Shown: positions 41,912-52,042 of the stretch, one piece after another
Layout of the letters: every line of letters begins with the position of its first letter
Position numbering within the stretch: position 1 is the stretch's first letter
NCBI GenBank assembly: GCA_019057385.1
Contig: JAHQJS010000004.1
Location: forward strand, 1,072,968-1,136,967
Source: Candidatus Borrarchaeum weybense
GTDB taxonomy: Archaea; Asgardarchaeota; Sifarchaeia; Borrarchaeales; Borrarchaeaceae
Direction: 5' to 3'
Length of the DNA stretch: 64,000 nucleotides
The notes under the pieces: model-generated
What the model was told of the DNA's origin: nothing
Seen by the model: the letters and a program-made list of their open reading frames with translations, nothing else
Databases searched by the model: none
Made by a program: the position numbers and the translations under genes

Positions 41912-43099
41912 GTGTTTTGTTTTTCTATTAAGTTCTATTATTTGAATTGTACGAGAGATTATGTGACAATAATGGTAACCAGAGTCGCTTTCTATCTCAG
42001 TGCTCATGGTTTTGGTCATGCAACACGAATGATAGCCATTATTAAAGAGTTATTGTTCCAAACAGATTTAGAAATATTCGTTAAAACAAATGTTCCAAAA
42101 TGGCTTTTTCTAAATTCAATAACTAAGAGAAATAAAGATAGAATAAAAATCGTACCACAAGAATGTGATGTAGGTGTAATATATACCTCAGGTTTTCTTA
42201 TAGATACTTTAGAAACCTCAAAGGTTATTCGACAAATGGTTGCTTACGAAAAAACGTTTCTAAATAATGAATCTCAATTTTGTCAAAATAAGAATATTAA
42301 ACTCATTATATGCGATATTCCTCCTTTACCTTTTCTGATAGCTGACAAATCAAATATACCTAGCGTAGGAATTAGTAATTTCAATTGGTATGACATCTAT
42401 GATTACCTATATCAAAAAGAAAAACAGAAAGACTTTTTAAACGTAGTAAGAAAAATTTCGTCTTATTATGAACTGGCAGACTTATTGTTAGAGCTTCCTT
42501 TTGCAACTTCAAATAAAACCTTTACTGAAAAAAAAGCAGTACCTTTAGTTGTCAGGAAGAAAACGCGGAAACTTGCTGAAATCAGAAAAAATCTCAGTAT
42601 TGCACCTCAGCAAAAGCTTATATTTGTATCCTTGGGTTGGCATGAATTCAAAGAAGCAGTTAGAAAGATGTTTTCTGATGTAGCATCCCTAAAAAACTCA
42701 AATACTGTGTTTTTACTCAGTTCAAATCTACGAAAATTTTCTGAACCTAAGAATTATTTTCGATTTCTACCCTTTGAAGATCCTAATTCACAGGATTATA
42801 TAGCCGCATGTGATCTTGTGGTATCAAAACTTGGATACGGTATCGTTAGTGAGTGTGTTGCAAATAAAATACCCATGATTTATACGATTCGTCCTAACTA
42901 TATCGAAGATATATTAATGGGTAGAAAACTGGATACCTTTAAAATGTCAAAATTTTTACCATCTGATCAATTCCTTAACGGTGATTGGTTTTATATGATC
43001 GATGAAGCAATAAAACTAAAAGAAATCTCGCAAACCGTTAATATTGACTTAAATGGTGCTGAAAGATGCAGTAAGTATTTATTACGATACTTAGAATAA
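41912..43099 (+). CDS. GT-B glycosyltransferase (arabinokinase N-terminal-like); likely start near 41972
   Basis: SAHGFGHATR, SNFNW, DLVVSKLGYGIVSE. Confidence 0.8.
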   Translation: MFCFSIKFYYLNCTRDYVTIMVTRVAFYLSAHGFGHATRMIAIIKELLFQTDLEIFVKTNVPKWLFLNSITKRNKDRIKIVPQECDVGVIYTSGFLIDTLETSKVIRQMVAYEKTFLNNESQFCQNKNIKLIICDIPPLPFLIADKSNIPSVGISNFNWYDIYDYLYQKEKQKDFLNVVRKISSYYELADLLLELPFATSNKTFTEKKAVPLVVRKKTRKLAEIRKNLSIAPQQKLIFVSLGWHEFKEAVRKMFSDVASLKNSNTVFLLSSNLRKFSEPKNYFRFLPFEDPNSQDYIAACDLVVSKLGYGIVSECVANKIPMIYTIRPNYIEDILMGRKLDTFKMSKFLPSDQFLNGDWFYMIDEAIKLKEISQTVNIDLNGAERCSKYLLRYLE

Positions 43100-43141
43100 T
43101 TTAGTGAAAAACCTTTTAAGATTGTCATATAAGGCGGTTTT

Positions 43142-43741
43142 ATGTCTCTTAGGTTGCATAAAAAGGGATTAAGAGTTTTAGGCTTTGCAGAAAGTTTCGT
43201 TAAAGAAACTTCTTCTCGATCTGTGTTTACTGGTGTTGTGATGAGAGGTGATCAATTTCTAATTGATGGGTTTGGAATGACTACGCTAACTGTCGGAGGA
43301 ATGGATGCTACTGAAGGCGTATTGAGACTTTTTAAGCAATTAAATAGAACTGATATCAATATTTTAATGATGAATGGATGTATCATCAGCTGGTACAATG
43401 TAATCGATTTAGAAGAAGTCTTTACAACATTAGAAATCCCTCTGGTTTGTATAACTTACGAAGAGTCAGAAGGATTAGAGAAATACTTCAAAGATAATTT
43501 TGAAGACTGGGAAAAACGTATTGAGATCTACAAGAAAAACGGTCCCCGAGACGAAATAAAACTACATACTGAGCATTTAATTTATACTCGTGTTTACGGA
43601 ATGGAACCAAAAGAAACACAGATTATTCTTGATCGATTTACGCTTCAAGGTGCAGTTCCTGAGCCACTAAGAGTGGCACGTCTTCTAGCACGCGCATTAC
43701 TTAAAAGCGAGTTTTCTGAATTCACTGTTACAACAATCTAA
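43142..43741 (+). CDS. DUF99 / endonuclease V-like protein
   Basis: RVLG..ESF, G.DAT, YNVID, PEPLRVARL. Confidence 0.88.
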   Translation: MSLRLHKKGLRVLGFAESFVKETSSRSVFTGVVMRGDQFLIDGFGMTTLTVGGMDATEGVLRLFKQLNRTDINILMMNGCIISWYNVIDLEEVFTTLEIPLVCITYEESEGLEKYFKDNFEDWEKRIEIYKKNGPRDEIKLHTEHLIYTRVYGMEPKETQIILDRFTLQGAVPEPLRVARLLARALLKSEFSEFTVTTI

Positions 43742-43771
43742 GAATATCTGAGTTTATATGCAGGTAGTAGT

Positions 43772-45004
43772 TTAACTAACCGTTAATGTGAAGTCTTTTG
43801 AAGCATCTGGTTTTATGAAAGGCTTACGCGCTAGTTCGACCATCAAACCACCGAAAGGAATAAGAATATCGGTCATTGTTCGGAAGAAGTCCCAAGCACT
43901 TCCTTTCTTCTTTGTTACTACTTTAGACATAATTTTAACTTGTCCTTTGACGATATCTGCTTTAGTTTTTTCAGCATTAATCTTAAATTTTAGTTCCGAA
44001 AATTCCCCAGGTTCTACATTTATTGCTGTTTTTGTGGGCTCTATAAGAGCTTTTTTGAGATTCATTGAGAAAGAGAGTTCGACGGTCTCATCGGGACTTC
44101 CATTGGAGATCAGAAAACTGACGCAGTTATCTACGCCATTCCTTTTAATTCCGTTGTTTATTGGGCCGATGACTTCTACAATGGGTTTTAATTGCATTAC
44201 ATCGCCGTATTTCTCATTTTTCGCAAATTTATTGAGGAGATATTTGATCTTTGCTTCTTTTTCTGGGAGAAGCCGCTGTGGCGGTGTTTGCAAAGGTAAA
44301 TCTCGTTTCTTCTTAACTAGTTGCTGCAACTTACGGCAATACTCAAGATTTTTTGTATCGTTCTTCAAGACAGCAATTCTCTCACATTGTTGCAAAGTCT
44401 GTTCCGCTTCATCGTATTGTCCTTGAGCGCCTTGAAGATACGCAAGTGCATATAAAGCATCAATATTCTCAGGATTATACTCAAGTGCCTTCTTGAAATA
44501 ATCGATAGAATTTGGGTATCTTTCCATTGACTTATAAAGTCGTGCAACATTATAATACAAGCTAGTATTTGGGGCAAGTTTGATTGCTTCGTTATAAAAT
44601 TCTATACCTGTCTGTAAATCCCCAAATGCTGTAGCCGCATCTCCTGCTTGTTCATAAAGCATTGCAAGCTTTTTTGTATTCTGTTTGTCTTCTAACTCAA
44701 TTGCAGTACGAAAAAATTTGAGGGCTCTATGAGGCTCGCCTGTCTCCTTACAAGATTCTGCAAGTCGTTTATAGTCAAGACCATAAAAAGATGTAGGGTT
44801 TATAGAAAGTGCACGATCTAGAGATACTTTTGCAGACTCATAGTCTTTTTGTTCGTAAAGGGAGTAGCCAAGATAACGAAGAGCAAGTGCGTTTTTTGGA
44901 TCATTTGCCAGTACCGCTTCAAAGTTTTTTTGGGCATTCTTGAAATCACGAGACTTAAACAGTTGTACTCCCGTTTCAAAATTATTACTTGCCATTTTTT
45001 CCAC
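43772..45004 (-). CDS. TPR-repeat protein with C-terminal Ig-like domain
   Basis: About 6 TPR motifs (DPKNALA, NPT, NPENIDA) followed by a beta-rich domain. Confidence 0.85.
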   Translation of the reverse strand: MEKMASNNFETGVQLFKSRDFKNAQKNFEAVLANDPKNALALRYLGYSLYEQKDYESAKVSLDRALSINPTSFYGLDYKRLAESCKETGEPHRALKFFRTAIELEDKQNTKKLAMLYEQAGDAATAFGDLQTGIEFYNEAIKLAPNTSLYYNVARLYKSMERYPNSIDYFKKALEYNPENIDALYALAYLQGAQGQYDEAEQTLQQCERIAVLKNDTKNLEYCRKLQQLVKKKRDLPLQTPPQRLLPEKEAKIKYLLNKFAKNEKYGDVMQLKPIVEVIGPINNGIKRNGVDNCVSFLISNGSPDETVELSFSMNLKKALIEPTKTAINVEPGEFSELKFKINAEKTKADIVKGQVKIMSKVVTKKKGSAWDFFRTMTDILIPFGGLMVELARKPFIKPDASKDFTLTVS

Positions 45005-45236
45005 ACATCTCTACAAGAATCCCCACATTCATTACTCAAATATATTTTGATTCAAACTGCAGCGTTCTAAGATCGTCTATCTTTAAGACAGACATACTTT
45101 TTAATGAACAGAAGTGGAAAAACTAACAGAACCTAAACTTTCAAGTTTTATAAAAAATTAGTTCAACTAGTGCTGGGTTTAATATCAAGAAAAAACTAAA
45201 AAAATGTAAATTTAAAAAAATCAGGTCACTATTCTG

Positions 45237-45290
45237 TTATTTCTTTGCTTTAGTAGTTTTTTTGGCACCAGTTTTTTTCTTTTTTGGCAT
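45237..45290 (-). CDS. 17-aa basic micropeptide MPKKKKTGAKKTTKAKK
   Basis: Hand translation; GAGGT SD 7 nt upstream of the ATG; follows the acidic peptide gene. Confidence 0.55.
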   Translation of the reverse strand: MPKKKKTGAKKTTKAKK

Positions 45291-45348
45291 ATTTATTACC
45301 TCTGTTTTTTATTTTATTTTATTTTCTCAAATAGTGTTGAGGCTAAAG

Positions 45349-45462
<114 letters not shown>

Positions 45463-45759
45463 ACAGAACTCCTCCTATTCAAGTGTTAATTTCTTAATTG
45501 ATTCTGTAAGTTCTTTAATTTCTATGTGAGAAAATCCTTAGATGTAAACCATAAATAAATTTTTATTCGGTTAAAGTTATTTCTTGTAACCGCGTAGAAT
45601 AAAATCAAGCCCTTTATGGTTAAAATTCTCTTATGTGTTTAAGAAACAAAAGTTAATCATTATCCTTTCAGGGAATTGAAATTAAAGGAACAGCTCGTTG
45701 TTATTTCTCAACTTGAAAATAGTCACTTAATGATAAAACATGAAATTTTACTAAATTTA

Positions 45760-45924
45760 CTATTCGTCATCGTCCCAATAGTCTTCGTCTTCCCATTCTT
45801 CGCCGTCGCCATCCCATTTTTCGTCATCGTCCCAATAGTCCTCGTCTTCCCATTCTTCGTCATAACCGATATCGTTGTCATCCCAGTACTTCACTTTTTT
45901 CTTTTTCAGGCCATTCCATTTCAT
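45760..45924 (-). CDS. 54-aa Lys-leader/Trp-acidic peptide MKWNGLKKKKVKYWDDNDIGYDEEWEDEDYWDDDEKWDGDGEEWEDEDYWDDDE
   Basis: Hand translation; GGGGTGA SD; internal duplication of EEWEDEDYWDDDE with a synonymous codon difference. Confidence 0.8.
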   Translation of the reverse strand: MKWNGLKKKKVKYWDDNDIGYDEEWEDEDYWDDDEKWDGDGEEWEDEDYWDDDE

Positions 45925-46286
45925 AAGAAATCACCCCAAAATTTGATTATTCTTAAAATCATTGTAGTCATTTAGTTGTAAACGAGTAGATCAGTGATTT
46001 TAATTCATAAAAAAATTTTTACAAGATCAAAATGATCTCTAGTTACTATTTAGTATAAAATCGTATCTCTTTTTTATGGAATGAGCTCCTTTGTTTATAA
46101 GACAAAGACGAACAAAAGTTTCTTTTATGACTGTGAATACAAAGCAAAAGAAACGGGTATTACTTTATCTGAAAATAGTCACTAAGTAAAATGTTATTAA
46201 CTTAGTTTTGTATCTCCTCAAATATGATATTACTGTTTTCACCTAATTAATTTGTGAAATATTTACAATTAGATTTGTCCTCAAGT

Positions 46287-47078
46287 CTAATCAACAATTG
46301 ACACAATTGGCATTTTACTTTGAATCTGTATTACCTTTTTGCATTCATTGATAGCTCTGAGCGCTTTCCTGTATATTTTCATTAAATCAATTTTGTATAC
46401 TTTTTTCAAAAAGAAAAATGTTTCTTTTGTATGAATAAACCTGATTTTAATTTCGTTAAATGAATACTTGGCCTTAAGTGCACTTACAGAAGACTCTTTT
46501 AATTGTTGTATGAGTTTTTTGCAGGCAAGTTCAATAGAAGTAAATTCTTTTGTACGTATGTCTTTTATTGCTTCTAATAGTTCAAGAGCTATCTTGTCTT
46601 CTATTTTAATTCTTGGAATAATAATAGTCTCTCCACCAAGTTTTTGTATGGCATCCACGAACCTACGTGGGCTAATTATCTTACTTCCTTGTGGAAGTAA
46701 TCTTCTAAAGCTTATTTGAGGCCACAAATAAATATTTCTGGTTAGTTTTAAATATGGTGATCTTCTAAGCAATCGACTAACATGTTTTCGCATTCGAACG
46801 GAACTCTCTTCTGAAGGAAAGGAATACGCGACTAAAATAAGACTCCCAAGCTGAAAATTGTTCTGAGTAATTCGTATTCTTTCAATTTCTCTTTGTTTTT
46901 TAAGAGGAATACAAGGTACTCTATGGGTGCTTAAATACCTTTTAACACGATTTACCGAACTTGATGGCAATTTCCACAAATTTCGCATGATTTTTTCGCA
47001 TCCAAAGCTCTTTAAACTGTTAAAAAGTTCTTTTTTATGTTTAAATTCTTTAGAGAAGCGAAAAATTATATAGAACAC
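46287..47078 (-). CDS. Highly basic protein with PaaX/ChrB-N/Cas2-like ferredoxin-fold module(s)
   Basis: LILVAYSFP...R..V.R.L...Y.KL..NIY.WP pattern; a similar N-terminal module; very Lys/Arg-rich. Confidence 0.5.
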   Translation of the reverse strand: MFYIIFRFSKEFKHKKELFNSLKSFGCEKIMRNLWKLPSSSVNRVKRYLSTHRVPCIPLKKQREIERIRITQNNFQLGSLILVAYSFPSEESSVRMRKHVSRLLRRSPYLKLTRNIYLWPQISFRRLLPQGSKIISPRRFVDAIQKLGGETIIIPRIKIEDKIALELLEAIKDIRTKEFTSIELACKKLIQQLKESSVSALKAKYSFNEIKIRFIHTKETFFFLKKVYKIDLMKIYRKALRAINECKKVIQIQSKMPIVSIVD

Positions 47079-47380
47079 TCTTTTCCACCATTATCCTATA
47101 TTTTACTAGAAAAGGAGTCAATTGTAACTTCATGTTGGATTGAATGTGGAAACTCATTACTATAAGCCAATTTTGTATAATATAAAGCTTTGTGTAACAA
47201 ATACTTCAAGATAATTTATTAATTCCTTTAATACTGAAATCAATTATGCAGTAATATGAAAATGTTTTTAAGAAAATGCGTGTAAAGGAATAATGCATCC
47301 CTGCTTTTCAAAATGCTTCTCCTGAACTGAAAGAGCAATCAGTATTATTCTGCTTTGTCTTTTTAACTTGGTGGATTATC

Positions 47381-49996
47381 TTGAAATCAAAATACAAGAT
47401 TTTTTTAACAGATGTCCCAAAAAAAGATCTTACATTACAGTTAGTTTCCTTGCCAATTAAGAAAAAATATAATGGAATACAAGCCCAAAATGAAGTTTTT
47501 GTTGAATTTCATAGGGAAAACGGGAGACTTCGTCCTATTAGATTCTGGAAAATACAAAAGAACAAAGAAAAATATTTTAAACCGAGAGAATTCATTGATA
47601 TATTAAATAACAGTCAGTTGATCTATATAAATGATGGTCTTGCTTCATTGTTCAAAGAAGACTTATTAGCTATGTTTCAGGACTTTCAAATCGATACGAA
47701 AAAAGTAATTACATGTAAGACGTGTCCTTTTTGTTTGATTCATGGATTGATAACAATCGACAAAGATTCTGATCTCTCTTATTTTAGACACGACAAAGAG
47801 CAAAAAATTTGTTATAGATGCGCGAAATTGGAATTACTTGACGAATTCTATCAACGAGGCGCAGTTTTAAACAATAAGATGAAAAAAGCGATATTTCGGA
47901 CGTTATCAAAAACAAAAAATGTAGATCATTTAATAAAACTCTTTACTGATGAAATTGATCCAACAAAGCATCCCGAATTAACTTTCTTCGATGAGATTTT
48001 ATGTGAAGATACGGAAGCAACATTAACCCCTCTAATAGATAGCTTGAGCATTCCAGATACTTTGAAGAAAGTACTAAAAACAAATGGCATTATCAGACTT
48101 CTTCCAATACAAAAACAAGCAATCGATGAGGGGCTTCTAAATAATCAAGATTTGCTCGTTGTTTCAGCTACGACTACTGGAAAAACACTAATTGGCGAAC
48201 TTGCTGGTGTCACTAAAAGTATAATGAATGAAAACAAAAAAACGGTGTTTTTAGTCCCACTGGTTGCGTTAGCTAATCAAAAGTACACAGAGTTCCAAGA
48301 GAAGTATAGTCCTATTGGATTAAAAACAGCGATTCGCGTTGGAATGTCAAAAATTGATGTCGGGGACGAAGAACTTGTAATTGTTGATAGCAAAGTAACT
48401 GATGCTAATATCGTAGTGGGAACTTATGAAGCGTTCGATTTCTTACTCAGATCGGGAAAAAGAAAGGATATAGGTGACATTGGCACGCTTATAATTGATG
48501 AGATCCAATTATTAGCGGATCCAGAGCGTGGCGTGGAATTAGATGGGCTCATAGGTCGAATAAGGTCTTTATTCCCTGAAGCTCAATTAATCTGTCTTTC
48601 AGCTACTGTTGGAAACCCCCAAATCCTCGCTGAAAAACTACAAGTAAAGTTACTAACGTATGAGAAAAGACCTGTGCCACTAGAAAGACATTTAATTCTA
48701 GCAAAAGATGAAAATCGCAAACTTTCTATCTTAGCCAAGCTTATAAGACGTGAGTTCAAACAAAAAAGTAGTTTTGGTTACAAAGGACAATCTATTGTTT
48801 TTACTTTTTCAAGAAGGCGTTGTAAGGATCTTGCCAAAAACTTACAAAGACGAGGGATAAATGCGATACCATATCATGCGGGATTAACTTATCCTCAAAG
48901 AAAACGGGTAGAAACTGACTTTTTGCAAGGACAATATTCAGCAGTTATAACTACTGCAGCCTTGGCAGCAGGAGTAGATTTTCCTGCATCTCAAGTAATC
49001 TTTGAATCCTTATCCATGGGGATCAATTGGCTTACTGTAGCCGAATTTCATCAGATGAGTGGTCGAGCAGGGCGCTTGAACCGTCATGATCGGGGTAAAG
49101 TAGTCCTAATGACGGCACCCGGATTGAAATATAATTACAAACAGAAAAAAACCGAAGACCAAATAGCTATAGAATTATTAGAAGGCAAAATAGAAGAAGT
49201 TTCCGTAACCGCTGATACAAATAACTCAGCAGAACAATTATTAGCTAGCATTTCCTCATTTGGAGATATCTCTGTAACCGAGCTAAAGGCACACCATGAT
49301 ATTTTGTTAGCTTCTTCAGATGAATTTGAGGAATTATTAAGAACCTTGAGAGATACAGATTTAATTTCAATAGATAATGAAAATATCAAGGCAACTCCTT
49401 TTGGAACAGCAGTTTCTGAGTCCTTTCTATCACCAGAAATTGCTGTTTTAGTTAAAAAACAAATTTTAGAAGAAGATGCAGATCCACTTAACATAGCGAT
49501 AAAACTAGAACCTTTCGAGCAAGTGTATCATTCTAATAAACTTCAGGCTGAGTTAAATCGAATTTACAGAACACATTTTCCCACAAAGTTCTTGTCTGGT
49601 GCGATTTTTGATGTAGCTGATTTCAAGAGTATTAAAGCGAAAAGAAAATTAGAGAATTGGATAATAGAACTGTTTGCTCGATGGATGTTTGAATTCTTCG
49701 ATTGTAAATGCGAAGAATCACCATATTGCGAGTGTGTTCAAATTAAACTCGCCAATAAGATTGTTAAAATGAGACAAGAAGGCAAAAAACTTCATCAGAT
49801 AACGTACGTTTTCAATGATGTTTATGAGTTGTTTATATATCCTGGTGATCTCTTCAAGTGGCTTGATACGCTTGTCCACAATCTTCGAGCTGTAAAAAGA
49901 ATTGCACACATACTTAAGATTAATGAAATGGTTGAGATTATTGAAATGTTAATCAATTCAATTGAATGTGGAACATCACAATTTCTAAAAAAGTAA
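47381..49996 (+). CDS. Archaea-specific Ski2-like SF2 helicase (ASH-Ski2 / MJ1401-like)
   Basis: SATTTGKTLIGELAG, DEIQ, SAT, YHAGL, QMSGRAGR; N-terminal CxxC pairs and C-terminal C.C...PYC.C. Confidence 0.9.
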   Translation: MKSKYKIFLTDVPKKDLTLQLVSLPIKKKYNGIQAQNEVFVEFHRENGRLRPIRFWKIQKNKEKYFKPREFIDILNNSQLIYINDGLASLFKEDLLAMFQDFQIDTKKVITCKTCPFCLIHGLITIDKDSDLSYFRHDKEQKICYRCAKLELLDEFYQRGAVLNNKMKKAIFRTLSKTKNVDHLIKLFTDEIDPTKHPELTFFDEILCEDTEATLTPLIDSLSIPDTLKKVLKTNGIIRLLPIQKQAIDEGLLNNQDLLVVSATTTGKTLIGELAGVTKSIMNENKKTVFLVPLVALANQKYTEFQEKYSPIGLKTAIRVGMSKIDVGDEELVIVDSKVTDANIVVGTYEAFDFLLRSGKRKDIGDIGTLIIDEIQLLADPERGVELDGLIGRIRSLFPEAQLICLSATVGNPQILAEKLQVKLLTYEKRPVPLERHLILAKDENRKLSILAKLIRREFKQKSSFGYKGQSIVFTFSRRRCKDLAKNLQRRGINAIPYHAGLTYPQRKRVETDFLQGQYSAVITTAALAAGVDFPASQVIFESLSMGINWLTVAEFHQMSGRAGRLNRHDRGKVVLMTAPGLKYNYKQKKTEDQIAIELLEGKIEEVSVTADTNNSAEQLLASISSFGDISVTELKAHHDILLASSDEFEELLRTLRDTDLISIDNENIKATPFGTAVSESFLSPEIAVLVKKQILEEDADPLNIAIKLEPFEQVYHSNKLQAELNRIYRTHFPTKFLSGAIFDVADFKSIKAKRKLENWIIELFARWMFEFFDCKCEESPYCECVQIKLANKIVKMRQEGKKLHQITYVFNDVYELFIYPGDLFKWLDTLVHNLRAVKRIAHILKINEMVEIIEMLINSIECGTSQFLKK

Positions 49997-50417
49997 ATGT
50001 TATACCATGAAATGGCAATCTTAGTTCACAAGTTGAACTCTCAAGGATGTTTTGTTCTTAAGAAAAAAGAAGAATTTATAGCATGCGTTTTGTGTGCGTA
50101 TAAATTAGCTGAAGCCGCATCAGAACAAGTACAGGAAGCAATAAACATCGAAAAATCAATGATTAAATATTAATTACTTCTCACGATCCGACTGGTTAAT
50201 TTTAAGAAAGTAAAACTATCTGAAATGTTTCAGCCAAGTCTTTCAGAGTTTGATTGCGTTTTTTTTTAAAAAACGGTTAACTTCTTTTTTTCTTACATTT
50301 TTCCCTTGCTCATAGAGTCTTAGAATGGCATCAATTTATATATTATGGTTGATTTTTAGAATATATAGTCTTTTTAGTAACAAAATGAAAACATAATTTT
50401 GAATTGGAGTAGATGAT

Positions 50418-50987
50418 ATGTCAGGGGTTTATTGTCCAGAATGCGGTTCATACATAGAGGAACTGGGTACTCAGTTTTGTCCCCACTGTGGTGCATCGCT
50501 GAGTGTTGCTGCAACTACTGCAGAAAAACCTACACCTATTCAACCAATGGAAGTACCGCCGCCTCCTACACCAAGTGCTCCAACTGCTATGTATGGTGAA
50601 CTTGGTGAACGTCTTATTGCATATATTATTGATGCTGTGATAATCTGGGTTATAACAGCGATTATTGTATTTCCATTATTTAATGGATATTATGTATCAT
50701 GGTGGTTTGTGAGTTGGCTACTTGGGTTTCTTTACTTCTGGATACTTGAATCTTTCAATAATGGACAAACACTTGGTAAAAAATTACTAAATCTAAGAAC
50801 TGTCGATGAAGTATCATTAGAAGTTGCAGAAGCAGGAAGCTATTTTGTCAACAATCTTTCCAGAGGAAGTGGGTGGATTATAATAGATCTTTTAGTCGGT
50901 TTAATTGTAAATTCAACTAGTGATGAAAGAAAGCGCTATAGAATCTTACAAAACTGGAGCAAAACAGTTGTAATTAAATCAACTTAA
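50418..50987 (+). CDS. Zinc-ribbon plus RDD family membrane protein
   Basis: CPECG...FCPHCG, Pro-rich linker, RLIAYIID, GQTLGK. Confidence 0.88.
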   Translation: MSGVYCPECGSYIEELGTQFCPHCGASLSVAATTAEKPTPIQPMEVPPPPTPSAPTAMYGELGERLIAYIIDAVIIWVITAIIVFPLFNGYYVSWWFVSWLLGFLYFWILESFNNGQTLGKKLLNLRTVDEVSLEVAEAGSYFVNNLSRGSGWIIIDLLVGLIVNSTSDERKRYRILQNWSKTVVIKST

Positions 50988-51032
50988 TAACAAAGAGTGA
51001 ATTCAGTGATAAACTTCAAATTCTTCTTTTTT

Positions 51033-52031
51033 TTAATATAGACTCTTTTCGTGTCTACAGAGTATGTCTACGATCGTTTTTACAGCCAATGTAGATGTAA
51101 TACCATTGTCGAATGGCGGGCAGAGTTCTACTACATCAAAACCTATAAGTTTCTCACAAAAACTCTCAAGGAGTTGAAGAAATTCCCAAGGCGAAATTCC
51201 ATAAGGTTCGGGTGTCGATACCCCTGGAGCATAAGCAGGATCAAACACATCAAGATCTAAAGAGAGATATACCCACTCAAATGGTTCTAGAAGCTTTTGA
51301 ATTTTTTTGCTAATAACTCCAGTTCCTTCTTTGTGTAAATCATAACTGGAAATCATTTGAATTCGTTCTTCAGATTTAAAATAGTCAAATTCTAAGGGAT
51401 CTACGGATCTAATTCCTACAGAGATGATTTGGTCAATTCCTAATTCTATAATCCGTCTGAATACCGTAGCATGTGTATATGCTTCATTCGCTGCGGGAGT
51501 GTATGGATAGCGATCATATAAATCCAGATGTGCATCAAAATGTAATATACAGCCTGCATGCTTCTTAATTAAGCCTTTAAAGATAGGAAGCGTAATCAGA
51601 TGGTCTCCTCCAAGCGCTATAGGAAATTGATTTTCTGAAAGATTTTCATGCACAAAGTTTTCTATTTGATTTAGTTCTTTTTCAAAATCATCTTCAGTAC
51701 TATTGCTAATTTTGATGTCTCCAATATCTACCAGTTTATTCCTAATATCCACGCTTGTGTTTAAGTCAAAAGTATGAACGTAGCGAGAAATTTCACGGAT
51801 CGCCCAAGGACCAAATTTAGCTCCATGTCGCACACTACTGTGTCTTTCGTAAGGCACACCAAATATTACATAAGGTAGAGTTCTGTTCGTGTTGGATATT
51901 TCCAAAAAAGTACATGATGGAATGGGTATAGTTTTTTCCTGTAAAAATTTAGACAATTCTTGAAAATCAGGATATTCCATAATAAACATACCCTTTTGCT
52001 CATTAATATCTTTTAAGAAGATAATTGACAA
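51033..52031 (-). CDS. speB: Agmatinase (ureohydrolase family)
   Basis: GA.FGP.AIR, LGGDHL, DAHLD, SLDLDVFDP..APG, DVVE. Confidence 0.9.
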   Translation of the reverse strand: MSIIFLKDINEQKGMFIMEYPDFQELSKFLQEKTIPIPSCTFLEISNTNRTLPYVIFGVPYERHSSVRHGAKFGPWAIREISRYVHTFDLNTSVDIRNKLVDIGDIKISNSTEDDFEKELNQIENFVHENLSENQFPIALGGDHLITLPIFKGLIKKHAGCILHFDAHLDLYDRYPYTPAANEAYTHATVFRRIIELGIDQIISVGIRSVDPLEFDYFKSEERIQMISSYDLHKEGTGVISKKIQKLLEPFEWVYLSLDLDVFDPAYAPGVSTPEPYGISPWEFLQLLESFCEKLIGFDVVELCPPFDNGITSTLAVKTIVDILCRHEKSLY

Positions 52032-52042
52032 GCCATGCTTTT

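Noticed and set aside
45760-45860. Direct repeats as a possible CRISPR array
   Set aside because: Only two copies, in-frame coding duplication, no cas genes
45676-45975. Plus-strand hydrophobic ORF in the ORF track
   Set aside because: Antisense shadow of the 45760-45924 peptide gene
50012-50173. 53-codon ORF after the helicase
   Set aside because: No clear SD or recognisable motif
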